Shown: piece after piece, positions 13,131-24,631 of the stretch
Layout of the letters: each line of letters opens with the position of its first letter
How positions within the stretch are numbered: the stretch's first letter is position 1
Assembly (NCBI GenBank): GCA_964016885.1
Contig: OZ024747.1
Span: 41,540,001 to 41,604,000, forward strand
Source: Eledone cirrhosa
Taxonomy: Eukaryota
Direction: 5' to 3'
Length of the DNA stretch: 64,000 bases
Notes under the pieces: generated by a model
The model's input: the letters and a program-made list of their open reading frames with translations, nothing else
Told to the model about the DNA's origin: nothing
Database searches by the model: none
Position numbers and translations under genes: made by a program

Positions 13131-13751
13131 ACATCTGCAGAATCATCAGTGGTATATATATTTATATACATGTATATATATATACATCTGCAGCATCATC
13201 AGTGGTATATACATATAGATCTAGGGAGTGTAACGTGCAGTTACTGTAGGTTCACCCAAGTGAGCACTCGATGCGTAGTTTCCAGTCTGTAAAAATGTGT
13301 AGTACTAAGCAGAGTGTAATCTAAACTATAATAAAGTAAGGAGTCTGGGACTATGTACGGTTTATAATTTTTTGTCTCCTTACTAAAATAAGTTGGATTA
13401 CTTTGAATAAATAATGAATGAATATTACATAATTTATCTACTAAATTTCGTAGCTGTTGATTAAATATATTTTATATTGTTTATTTAAAGATTCATATAT
13501 TTCTGTCATTAATTTTCTCGTAATGCAGTTTATATATAATATCGTCTTTTTTTTAATGTATCATGGATAACGTTACTGATTACATAAGACAGTGTAACGC
13601 AGTCTTCGTTCAATTTCTGTGTATGTTGTCAATTACAATGTTATTTGATGGAGTATATCTACATGCGTATCTATACTTGCTTATAATATCAATATACACA
13701 CTACACATGCTAGCAGAAAACCACCTGAGGGGTGGGTTTTCTGCTAGCTCT

Positions 13752-13893
13752 AATAATTGTTTCTACTTTAGGCACAAGGCCAGCAATTATCCAGTACATT
13801 ACTGGTACTTTATTTTATCGACCCCGTAAGGATGAAAGGCAAAGTCAACCTCGGCGGGATTTGAACTCAGACCGTAAAGGGACGTAACTATGC
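13752..13893 (-). mobile_element. Same SINE family, 5'-truncated
   Basis: Reverse complement of the SINE body. Confidence 0.9.
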
Positions 13894-13944
13894 TAGCTCT
13901 AATAATAAAAGGACGATTTGTTATGTCTTCATTACGTTTATTGA

Positions 13945-14033
13945 GTGTTGACGTGCGCTTCGCTATTGATCAGCTCAAGGTTTGATCTCTATCAATCTAG
14001 CCCGATTCTGGAATCAAAAGCTCATCAGACCAC
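13945..14033 (-). ncRNA. Hammerhead motif in the left arm of a fold-back (GAAGC variant)
   Basis: Minus strand: gtggt-CTGATGA-gcttttgat...atcaatagc-GAAGC-gcac-GTC-aacac. Confidence 0.6.
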
Positions 14034-14065
14034 TGCTGTAGGTTCATTCTGTCATTACCACAGCA

Positions 14066-14154
14066 GAGGTCCGATGAGCTATTGGTTGCAGAGTCGGGCT
14101 AGATCAATACAGATCAAACCTTGAGCTGATAAATAGTGAAACACGCGTCACTAC
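14066..14154 (+). ncRNA. Hammerhead motif in the right arm of a fold-back, 60-nt stem II domain
   Basis: ggt-CCGATGA-gctatt...aatagt-GAAAC-acgc-GTC-act. Confidence 0.7.
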
Positions 14155-14160
14155 TCAATA

Positions 14161-15527
14161 AACTATCGTCCAGTCAGTCTTACTAGCTGCATTGCCAAAC
14201 TGATGGAATCCTGTATCAGAGAAACGCTTTGAAACTTCTGAAACTCTCACAGTCATATCCGGCCCTCGCAATTTGGATTTATCACTAACTCCAGCTGCTG
14301 TGATCAACTTATCGAGTTTCTTGAAGACATCACTCGGACACTGATGGTGGCTCATGAGTGGTGGGTGTTGTTTACCTTGACTTTGCTAAAGCTTTTAATT
14401 CTGTACCACACAAAAGACTTATGGCAAAACTCTCTGCAATGGGTATGAAGGATGATCTTTTTAACTGGTTGAAGTCCTTCATTCTCAGTTGAAGAGAGGT
14501 AATCACGATTCTAGGACAGCATTCCTTACTATATGAGATGTCATCTGGTGTACCACAGGATCTGTTCTTGGTCCCCTTTTGTTTGTGGCATATATTAATG
14601 ACATAGATGACAACTTAAAGAATGCCACAGTACTGAAATATGCAGATGATATCAAGCTGTACCTTGAGATAAAGAGAACAGATCCTGAACACTATAGATC
14701 TTTCCTGCAATCAGACCTGGACACAATGCAGCAATGGATCACAGATTGGCAACTCAAGTTGGCTGTGGACAAGTGTACCACCATGCATTTTGGGAGGAAA
14801 AACCCAGCATCCACATACTCCCTTCACAACACTAATATCAAGAAGGCCAAGGGTGTTTTAGCATCACTCAGCAAGACCTTTGTCAGCCGCTCTCCAGCTA
14901 TCTATTTAAAGCTGTATATAGCTATGGTGTGGCCACACTTAGAATTTGCATCACCAGTCTGGAACCCCTATCTTGCTCAGAACATTAACCGCCTGGAAAC
15001 TGTTCAGAGATGTGTAACCAAGCTAATACCCTCCATCAGGCATCTACCATACTCTGAACGCCTTGCTTCCCTGGGCATGGATGCATTGAAGCACCGACAT
15101 CTGGCAACTGACTTGGTAAACACCCACAAAATTATTAACCATCTTGACAACAACAACCCTGAGCACCTTTTTGAATTCCATGTGTCTAACACACATGGGC
15201 ATGCCTACAAAGTCAGAAAACAGCACAGTTCCCATGACTTTTGGAAACATTTTTTCATGCTCAGAGTTACTGAAGCATGGAACAAACTACCTGCATCAGA
15301 TGTTAGCTGTCGAGATACTGCATCCTTCAAAACCTCCATGTTTACTGAGATTCGCCAACACTACACCTGATGTACCCCCCTCCAAACACATACACACATA
15401 TATCATGACTCATACACTGTTCATTTTCCTGACATTTGTACATTATTCTATGTACTATACATGCACCTTTGATGAGTTGTAGTGCACCTGAGCACTGTAC
15501 ACAATAATTTCATTATTATTATTATTA
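14161..15527 (+). mobile_element. CR1-group LINE, 5'-truncated and decayed
   Basis: Starts at NYRPVSLT. ORF 14579-15370 has YADDIKL and ..HFFMLRVTEAWNKLP. The 3' UTR ends ...gcactgtacacaataatttc(att)n. Confidence 0.92.
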
Positions 15528-15622
15528 AATGTAATGAAGCCATAACAAATCGTCCTTTTATATATATAATAATAATGAAATTATTGTATACAGTGTTCAG
15601 GTGCACTATTATATATATATAT

Positions 15623-15723
<101 letters not shown>

Positions 15724-15731
15724 ATAATAAT

Positions 15732-16398
15732 ATGAACTAAGTGAGAAATTAGGAATAAGAGGGATCAGATGCTGTTTACTCGAGAGAAGACTACATTGGT
15801 ATGGTCACGTGATGAAAGACGACAGCTGTATAAAAAAAGTGCAGGGCGATCAAAATAGATGGTAGCTACGGAGTAGGCAGACCCAGAAAAACCTGGGACG
15901 ACTTGATAAATTCCGACCTCACACACTTACACCTCTCCAAGACAATGTCACTGGACCGAGATCTTTGGCGCTACGTAGTAATACAGAAGAACCGCCTTGC
16001 CTAAGTACAAAGCGAAACCTACAGTCAGTAGGCACCTCTTAACCAAAAATACACCCCAGTCCCACTAACCCTACCCCCACTGCCATCTAAACCACACCTT
16101 TTGATGTAAAGTTATGTTGGTACCACAACATCCAGTCCTAAATAAATGAGGTCGTGTAGGTGTCACGACAAAAAAAACACACAGTCCACGCTGTAATGTG
16201 GTCGTGTAGGTAACACGGTAAAAACCTCTCAGTCCACACTGTAAACATGGTTGGTGTTAGGAAGGGCATCCAGCTGTAGAAAACCCGCCAGACAGTCCTA
16301 TACGAGCAAGACAACCAATCTTGCCTCAAGTGGGAAAATTCCCGTCTAGACCCATGCTAGTGTGGAAGATGGACGTTAAACGATGATGATGATGATGA
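15732..16398 (+). mobile_element. RTE-clade LINE 3' fragment
   Basis: NELSEKLGIRGIRCC..RRLHWYGH, GRPRKTW; the 3' UTR ends ggacgttaaac(gat)n. Confidence 0.85.
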
Positions 16399-16407
16399 TA
16401 ATATATA

Positions 16408-16490
<83 letters not shown>

Positions 16491-16573
16491 AATATAAGAT
16501 CAAAAGATGGTTAAAAGAGTTATCCGATATTTGCATTGCTTTATTGTGCTACAATAAAACTCACCTCCTATAT

Positions 16574-16610
<37 letters not shown>

Positions 16611-16913
16611 CTTAAAGCTTTCTCTGTTAATGTATTGTATATATATATATATATATATATGAACAAATAAAATTATTTCTGAGGTCAACATATGACCTAC
16701 TTCTTCCCTAAAGTAATCCTTCATTCATAATACTCTTTTCCATCCAAAACTGAAATCCACTTCCCCTACCCATTATTTAAGGTTCTCCTAATTCTATATC
16801 ACTATCTTGACCCTCACTATCTCCTGATTGGTCAATTCAAAACCTGTTCCCAAACAGACCTATTGTATTGAATCTTTGTTCTTATCAATAAACAAGTATC
16901 ATTATTTCTGAAG

Positions 16914-17098
16914 GGCGGTGGATTGGCAGTATCGGTAGAGGGTCGGACGCCATGCTTTCCAGCATAGTTATGTCCCTTTACAATCTGAGTTCAAATCCCG
17001 CCGAGGTTGACTTTGCCTTTCATCCTTACGGGGTCGATAAAATAAAAGTACCAGTAATGCACTGGTTAATTGCTGGCCTTGTGCCTAAAGTAGAAACA
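16914..17098 (+). mobile_element. Full-length tRNA-derived SINE (Meta-domain-like) with a 13-bp TSD
   Basis: A box tggcagtatcgg, B box gagttcaaatcc, core gcctttcatccttacggggtcgataaaataaa(a)gtaccag. TSD attatttctgaag at 16901-16913 and 17099-17111. Confidence 0.9.
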
Positions 17099-17236
17099 AT
17101 TATTTCTGAAGACAGCATATATATGTGAAGGTATGTATATTCCCTCTGATAGTTTGTATAAATATTGTACATAGATCTATAGAATATACATACCAACTCT
17201 AACACATATATATCCTAGAAACGATCGTAAAATAAT
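17099..17236 (+). ncRNA. Hammerhead motif with a ~105-nt stem II domain
   Basis: attattt-CTGAAGA-[atatatatgtg..ggtatgtatattc / gaatatacatacc..cacatatatat]-GAAAC-gatc-GTA-aaataat. Confidence 0.75.
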
Positions 17237-17294
17237 GAATTTTTTTTAATATAAGGAACTGTTTCTTTGTTTATTCATTATTTTTTTAATAATT

Positions 17295-17326
<32 letters not shown>

Positions 17327-17535
17327 ATATATATATATATGGAGATATATGGAGGGGTGTACATGTCTGTTGATGAATATTTATTAGCATGTATAGTATG
17401 TATACCTAAGTTCATATATATAATGAAATTATTGTGTACAGTGCTCAGGTGCACTACAACTCATCAAAGGTGCATGTATAGTACATAGAATAATGTACAA
17501 ATGTCAGGAAAATGAACAGTGTATGAGTCATGATA

Positions 17536-19470
17536 TAATAATAATAATAATGAAATATTGTGTACAGTGCCCAGGTGCACCACAACTCATCAAAAAGTGC
17601 ATGTACAGTACATAGGGCAATGCACAAACATCAGGAAAATGAACAGTGCACGAGCCATGATACACACAAGTGTGCATGTGTATGGAAGGGGTGCATCAGG
17701 TGTAGTTTTGGCGTATTTCGGGAAGCATGAGTGTCTTAAAGAATGCAGTGTCTCGGCAGCTAACAACTGACGCAGGCAGTTTGTTCCATGCTTCAGCAAC
17801 TCTGAGCGTGAAAAAATGTCTACGAAAGTCATGGGAGCTGTGCTGTTTTCTGATTTTGTAGGCATGTCCACGTGTGTTAGACACATGGAGATCAAAAAGG
17901 TGCTCAGGGTTGCAATTGGCGAGATGGTTAATAACTTTGTGGGTATTTACCAAGTCCATTGCCAGACGTCGGAGCTTCAATGAATCCATGCCCAGGGAAG
18001 CAAGGCGTTCAGAGTATGGTAGGTCTCTGATGGAGGGTATGCGCTTGGTTGCACGTCTCTGAACAGTTTCCAGGAGGTCAATGTTCTGAGCAAGATAGGG
18101 GTTCCAGACTGATGATGCGAATTCCAAGTGTGGTCGTACCATAGCTGTATACAGTTTTAAATAGATGGCTGGAGAGCGGCTAACAAAGGTCTTGCTGAGT
18201 GATACCAAGACACCCTCAGCCTTCTTGACAATCTTAGAGACATGCTTTGTCCAACGCAAATCGCTGCTGACAGTAATGCCCAGGTCACGTTCACAAGAGG
18301 ACTTCTTGATATCACTGTTGTGGAGGGAGTATGTGGACGCTGGATTTTTCCTCCCAAAATGCATGGTGGTACACTTGTCCACAGCCAGCTTCAGTTGCCA
18401 GTCTGTGATCCATTGCTGCATGGTGTCCAGGTCTGATTGTAGGAAAGAGTTGTAGATTTCAGGATCAGTCCTTTTGATTTCAAGGTACAGCTTGATGTCA
18501 TCTGCATATTTCAGTACCGTGGCATTCTGTAAGTTGGCATCTATGTCATTAATATATGCCACAAACAAAAGGGGACCAAGAACAGATCCCTGTGGTACAC
18601 CAGATGACATCTCATATGGTGAAGAATGCTGTCCTAGAACCGTGACTACTTCTTTTCGGCTGAGAATGAAGGATTTCAAACAGTCGAAAAGATCATCCCT
18701 CACACCCATTGCAGAGAGTTTTGCCATAAGTCTTTTGTGTGGCACAGAATTAAAAGCCTTAGCAAAGTCAAGGTAAACAACATCCACCCATGAGCCGTTG
18801 TCAGTGATCCGGGTGATGTCTTCAAGGAACTTGATAAGCTGATCACAGCAGCTGGAGTTAGGGATAAATCCAAACTGTGAGGGCCGGATGAGGCTGTGAG
18901 AGCTCCAGAAGTTCCAAAGTGTTTCTCTGACACAGGATTCCAACAGTTTGGCCATACAGTTAGTAAGACTGACTGGACGATAGTTGACAGGTGACATGCG
19001 GTTGCCCTTTTTGAACAGGGGAATGACACTGGGAGTTTTCCACTGCTCCGGAGTAGCACCATTGTTGAGACAGTATTGAAAGAAGAAAGAAAGCTGGCAC
19101 AAAAGGAAATACCCGCCACGCTTGAGAAGCAGGTATGTGATACCATCAAGACCAGGGGAGGCATAGTTGCGCTTATTCTTAAGGTGACGTCGCAACATTG
19201 CAGGTGTAAATTCCATAGTTGTTATGGAATTTGATGTTAGAGATGGTGGAGATGGTACATTCTGGTTTTCAACAGTAAAAATACTTGCATAGCACTCAGC
19301 AATGAGTTCTGCGCATTCTTTGGGATCGTCAGTGATCTGGCTTGTGTGGGGATTGCGAAGAGGACCAACTGGAGAGTGAGGTCTCTGCTTTGAATGAACA
19401 TATTTCCAGAACACTTTACTGTCAGGATTGGTTGCTATGCACTGTTCAAATTCAAGCACTGCCTTTCTTT
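17536..19470 (-). mobile_element. CR1-group LINE, 5'-truncated, with an uninterrupted 587-aa RT region
   Basis: ORF 17696-19459: SPGLDGI, NYRPVSLT, YLDFAKAF, GVPQGSVLGP, YADD, ERDLGI, TRGH, RVAEAWNKLP. (ATT)n tail at about 17536-17550. A short second 3' end lies at 17420-17533. Confidence 0.95.
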
Positions 19471-19696
19471 GTCACTTGCTTGAGATGATTAGAAGATTTA
19501 TTCCGCTTTTTGTATATGTTTTTGTATATATAATTAGATTTGTGTATTTTCAATTACACTTAGGAGATAATTAATCTCCATCCAAACAAACTGCTACATG
19601 TCTAATATGTGAGCTGGACCACAACTATGCATGTGTATGTGTTTTCTTTCTTTCTACATGCATATTTATAACTGTCACTATGTTTATGTACATATA

Positions 19697-19894
19697 TGGG
19701 GTTGGGCTGAAAAGTCCATAGGCTGACTATGAAGGAATGATGTGAGAGCTGTGAAGTGCTGCATGCATTAATTTCAACTCTTCTTATTAATAACTGCATA
19801 GTTTCTTTCCAGGGACTATGTTGAAAAATAAACCTCGTTTGATCATTCCATGAGAGTATCTTGGTCAGCCTATGAATTTTTCAGCAGACACTCA
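19697..19894. mobile_element. Mariner-type MITE
   Basis: Imperfect TIRs (gctgaaaagtccataggctgac / gtcagcctatgaatttttcagc) flanked by TA. Confidence 0.7.
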
Positions 19895-19969
19895 TATGTT
19901 TGAGAATGCACACTCGTTTATGTAAAATATATACTGTATTAGAAAAAATTAATTGTGCACATGAGTTTA

Positions 19970-20098
19970 TGTGTGTTTGTATGTATGTGCAAGTGTAATT
20001 ATATGTGTGTTTGTATGTATGTGCAAGTGTAATTATGTGTGTGTTTGTATGTATGTGCAAGTGTAATTATGTGTGTGTTTGTATGTATGTGCAAGTGT
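19970..20098. repeat. ~32-bp tandem repeat x4
   Basis: tgtgtgtttgtatgtatgtgcaagtgtaatta. Confidence 0.9.
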
Positions 20099-20400
20099 AC
20101 TTCTGTGTTCACTAAACACCCCTCCTTCCATATGTTGTCAGAATAAAAGAAAAGGATAATGAGAAAGAGATAATGGTGGGTAGATAAAAACAGGAGAATG
20201 GGGAATTTTATTATGTTGTACATAACGAGTGAAAGCAGGAGAATGAGAATGGCAGCTAGGATGAAAGAGGGAGAGAGTCGGTTAATACATGAGACACATT
20301 GAGTGAAAAGAAGGGAATGAAACTGATAGAGAAAGATAAAGGCAGGGAGAGATGGAAGATGAGGGTGATGAAGATCATCACATCATTATTGTTATAGTAG

Positions 20401-20590
20401 GGCGGTGGATTGGCAGTATCGGTAGAGGGTCGGACGCCATGCTTTGACGCATAGAGTTACAGCCCTTGCCATTCAGAGTTTGAATCCCGCCGATGGTTAA
20501 GTTTGCCTTTCATCTTTACAGGGTCGATAAAGTAAAGTACCAGTAATACACTGGGATAATTGCTGGCCTTGTGCCAAAAGTAGAAATAAT
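20401..20590 (+). mobile_element. Same SINE family, full length
   Basis: gggcggtggattggcagtatcgg ... gtagaaataatt. Confidence 0.9.
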
Positions 20591-21506
20591 TATTATTATA
20601 ATAGAGTATATCACAGATATATTGTATTATATTGAAGATATGGGTTGGATGGGTCTTCACTTATCAAGTCAGAACTGAAATGGGTCAACTGACCTCCCTG
20701 ACAAACTGGTGGTCTGCACCTCGCTTACATATGGTTTTGAGTGCATTCTATCATGGCACCAACACTACAGAGTCTTTGACACAACTTCTTTCTAGTTGCA
20801 ACACATTGGTTTCTAGCATATTTTATTTATTTGTAAATAGTTGAAAAACCAATCATTTTGTCTTGTGTCAATACATACTGTCTCATGTGCACTGGAGCAA
20901 GTGGTATTGTCCATAAAGCACTGAAACCACAAGGACCCCCAGTAGTTGACTCATGTGAAGGGACTGTCCTGTTTTATCCATTTTTCTGTTGTCTTCACCC
21001 ATCTTTTTTTTTTAAATTAATTTTATATGATCTTAGCCATGCAGGACACTTTTTCAAATTTATATATATATATATTTATATATTTCAGTGTGGTCTACCC
21101 TTGGTGGTAGGGTCAGTACCGTAGATAGAACTCAATGTAGTCTGATGGTGAGTAATCCAGTGAAATCCATAGAAAGGTTCCGTGTTCCACTGAGTTAATT
21201 CCTTAGATACAGAGTCAGATATTAGGTATTGATTTAACAATGAATATAATAACAACAAAGTCGAGTTATTTTACCTATTCATATTATTGTTTTACCATCA
21301 TTCCGAAACGATCGTAAAACAATAATATCAATAGTTAAAATAACTCAACTTTGTTGTTATTATTTTCATTGTTAAATTGTTAAATTAATACCTAATATAT
21401 ATATATATATACAAAATTAAGAAGGAATTTCCAGAGAGGGTCAGAAGGGAACCACAGTTAAATAATGTACTTAATCCTTTAGTAGAGAAGGTATATATTT
21501 AATTCA

Positions 21507-21575
21507 TATAGAAATGATTTCCTGATGATTCCAAATGAATGAAACAGTTCTAATACTGTAGAAGTAATTTCTATA
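21507..21575 (+). ncRNA. Type I hammerhead motif with long stem I
   Basis: tatagaaatgatttc-CTGATGA-ttccaaatgaat-GAAAC-ag(ttctaata)ct-GTA-gaagtaatttctata. Confidence 0.78.
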
Positions 21576-21685
21576 ATAAAATGAATGTATCACCAGTTGG
21601 GACTTTGGAGAAAAAATAGGTATATTTTTGTTTATTCTTTCCTCACATTTATAATTTGATAACTCTGATTAAATGATTATTTTAA

Positions 21686-21905
21686 TCCTTTAATGTTCAA
21701 ACCGACCAAAACCAGCCAGAATTCTCTACCTTTTTCTGTTGAAACTGGCTGTAACTGGTCACTCAAACTGATGTTAAGGTATTGTTCTCAAAATAAATAC
21801 TTTCAAAATCTCCTAGATTCAATATTATGTGAGATAATTATGTGAGATAAAGCCTTTACCATGAAAACATAATAGTATATATAGAGTAATGTGAATGCTA
21901 AAGGG
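21686..21905. mobile_element. piggyBac-type MITE
   Basis: TTAA-tcctttaatgttc ... gaatgctaaaggg-TTAA. Confidence 0.6.
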
Positions 21906-22243
21906 TTAATTCTTTTGGTCATTGAGCAAAACTGGTCAAGGTGGGACACCACACACATATATTTATGCTTATATATCTGTGTGTATATCTTAATACTATA
22001 TATATATATATATATATACCAGGTGGTGGGGGACTGGTAGAGAGATGGAGAGAACAAATAAGGTTGGTGGTATACTCAGTTGTAGTTGAGTGGTCAGCCA
22101 CCCAGACCCTTGTGGGTGAGCAGGGCTGTCAGTAGGTCCTGAAATTTAGAAAGGAGTGGACACTCCAAGCAAAAACATACATTTTATTAGTCCGCTCCCC
22201 TCCACCCAAAATTCTCTCGGAAATGTTACGTTTTAATCAATTT

Positions 22244-22300
22244 TTGATGTCTGAAGAAATCACGATATCTATCGTCATGGAAATATGTATAACGGCTCAA
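22244..22300 (+). ncRNA. Hammerhead motif (same stem III as 1977-2029)
   Basis: tgt-CTGAAGA-aatcacgata(tc)tatcgtcatg-GAAA-tatgta-TA-acg. Confidence 0.6.
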
Positions 22301-22440
22301 TTAATAAAGGACCCTAACATTTTCAACTTCGCATTTTCCTCTTTATATATATACTCCGTCATCCTTGTTTTTAAGAAGTGATATGACATCGAGTGCTAGA
22401 AGTGAATTGCATCTTTATATACTGAATATATATATATATA

Positions 22441-22635
22441 TGTCTGATGGTAGCTAAGATGCTTCCATAGGCGGTATGCCGGTTGAGCACTCTATGCTCT
22501 TACAGCGCAGAGTATGATAGTGAGAGAATATGCTCCGAAATCATTAGACGTGTCCATCGAACTTGCGGGTCCAGAATCAGACAGATCCACACAATGATCG
22601 CGTCTCGAGCTGTCCACCGGGGAAACAATTGTAAC
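22441..22635 (+). ncRNA. Degenerate hammerhead-like motif with a ~170-nt internal domain
   Basis: tgt-CTGATGG-tagctaagatgc...gcgtctcgagctg..-GAAAC-aatt-GTA-aca. A9 is altered. Confidence 0.4.
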
Positions 22636-22680
22636 ACAATAAATTGAGTTCAGATGCATCACTGATTTTTCGTTTTCTAT

Positions 22681-22761
<81 letters not shown>

Positions 22762-22955
22762 GACAATGAAAGAAAAAGGAATAAGCAAAATGAAAAAGCG
22801 CAGCAGAAAATTTTACTGATTCACAAATTTTGCTGAAAACTTATTACCACCCCTCAGGACCACTTAAAGGCAAATGAGAAAGAAAAAGATAAATAGATAG
22901 ATAAAGAGAGAGATGTGTGTGTGTGTGTGTGTGTTCTTATGTGTCTAACTAGGCT

Positions 22956-23290
22956 GTGGACACAGGTATAGCCAAGTGCTTCAATTTTACCACAGCCTTA
23001 GGTCAACAGGTCTCTGTTGAGACCTCTGGCGTCTTGGTCCCTGCAATGCTGATTTCCTTCATAAAGTCGGCGGCCTGCTTGAGAAAGGAGCCCTATGAAG
23101 TGGGGTGGCTGTTGCAGGTGTCTCTGTCCATTCTCCAGGGTAACACTTTTGCTGTTTTGTCCGCAAGGCACAGCTGAGGCACCATGGAGACTGGGCTGTA
23201 GTGACTGTCCCCTCCATGCCATTCCTTTAGCCACTTGATCCTTCTATCTTTTTTTCTGTTCATTTTCTCTTATTTTCTTCTTCCTTTTCT
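22956..23290 (+). mobile_element. CRE-type (restriction-like endonuclease) non-LTR retrotransposon 3' fragment
   Basis: ORF 22956-23177, VSVETSGVL...EVGWLLQVSLSILQGNTFAVLSA, resembles the RLE C-terminus (PxAVETxG...QRLSxAIxRGN). Confidence 0.65.
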
Positions 23291-23589
23291 GTTCCCTTCA
23301 GTAGTGTGTTTTGTTTTTATTAGACCTTAGGGGACCTCCAGTTTGACATGTCTGCTGTAAACTGTATCTGTATTTCAAAGGGCTAGCCTTGTCATACACT
23401 GTGTCATGCTGATTCTGTGAGGGGATGACAAGGGTACACGTGATCGTGATCGTGGAATAACTTGTCACTCACTATGACTAAATTGCTCGTTTATAGCGGA
23501 TGAGATATGTTTATTTTTATTCGTTGGGGACTTTTATTATTACTTCAACATTATTTAACTTCCTCTTACGATTTAGGTTACAATATCAT

Positions 23590-23917
23590 TCAATAAAATA
23601 AAGTACCAGTGAAGTACTGGGTTGATTTAATTAACTTTTCCCTTCCTCTAAATTTGTTGATCTGGTGCCTAAATTAGAACCATGGTCTGAGTTCAAATCC
23701 CGCCGAGGTTAACTTTGCCTTTCATCCTTACGGGGTCGATAAAATAAAGTACCAGTAATGCACTGGATTAATTGCTGGCCTTGTGCCAAAAGTAGAAACA
23801 ATTATTTGTTTTTCCTGGCAGTATCGGTAGAGGGTCGAACGCCATGCTTTGACGCATAGAGTTACGGCCCTTGCCATTCTGAGTTCAAATCCCGGGGTCG
23901 ATAAAATAAGGTACCAG
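23590..23917 (+). mobile_element. Cluster of three partial copies of the same SINE family
   Basis: Core pieces at about 23592, 23686-23805 and 23816-23917. Confidence 0.8.
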
Positions 23918-24444
23918 AAATGACTATAATAAATTCGATCACTATAAATAATAGTTAAGAAAATCTGTTAAAGTACATCCTGGGGCGGAAAGAAAAAGTA
24001 GACAGAGGCGTCTGCGAGGATTCGAACTCCACATCCCCCGGATGCTGGGGCAGTGTGTTAACCACTACGCTAATGAACTGTTGGCCGCAAATTCCATCTC
24101 AGTCCAGTTTTTTCCCCACCTCTAGTGGTATTTTACCCGATTTTTCTCAACTATTATTTACAGTGGTTGACAATATTATTCTAATCGTCATTTGCGCTGG
24201 GACGTACATATTTCAAAATTTCTGTGCTTCTTAAGTCAACCAGTTGTTTTAACCCGTGTACTTTATTTTATCGAAAGTCAAAGCAATACCACAATGACAT
24301 TTTATTCAACGCTCTACCAATTCGAGCAAAAAAAAAATATTGATTTTCTTTTGACGGGGCACAACGCCAAACCACTTTTTTGTAGATGCTGGGTGGTACC
24401 CTGGAAAAAAAAGTCACATTTTATTTCAATACTATATATATATA

Positions 24445-24571
<127 letters not shown>

Positions 24572-24631
24572 ATATATATATATATGATGATGATGATGAT
24601 GATGATGATATATATATGATGATGATGATAT

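Noticed and set aside
24008-24080. Functional tRNA gene
   Set aside because: The acceptor stem does not pair; treated as a tRNA-derived repeat.
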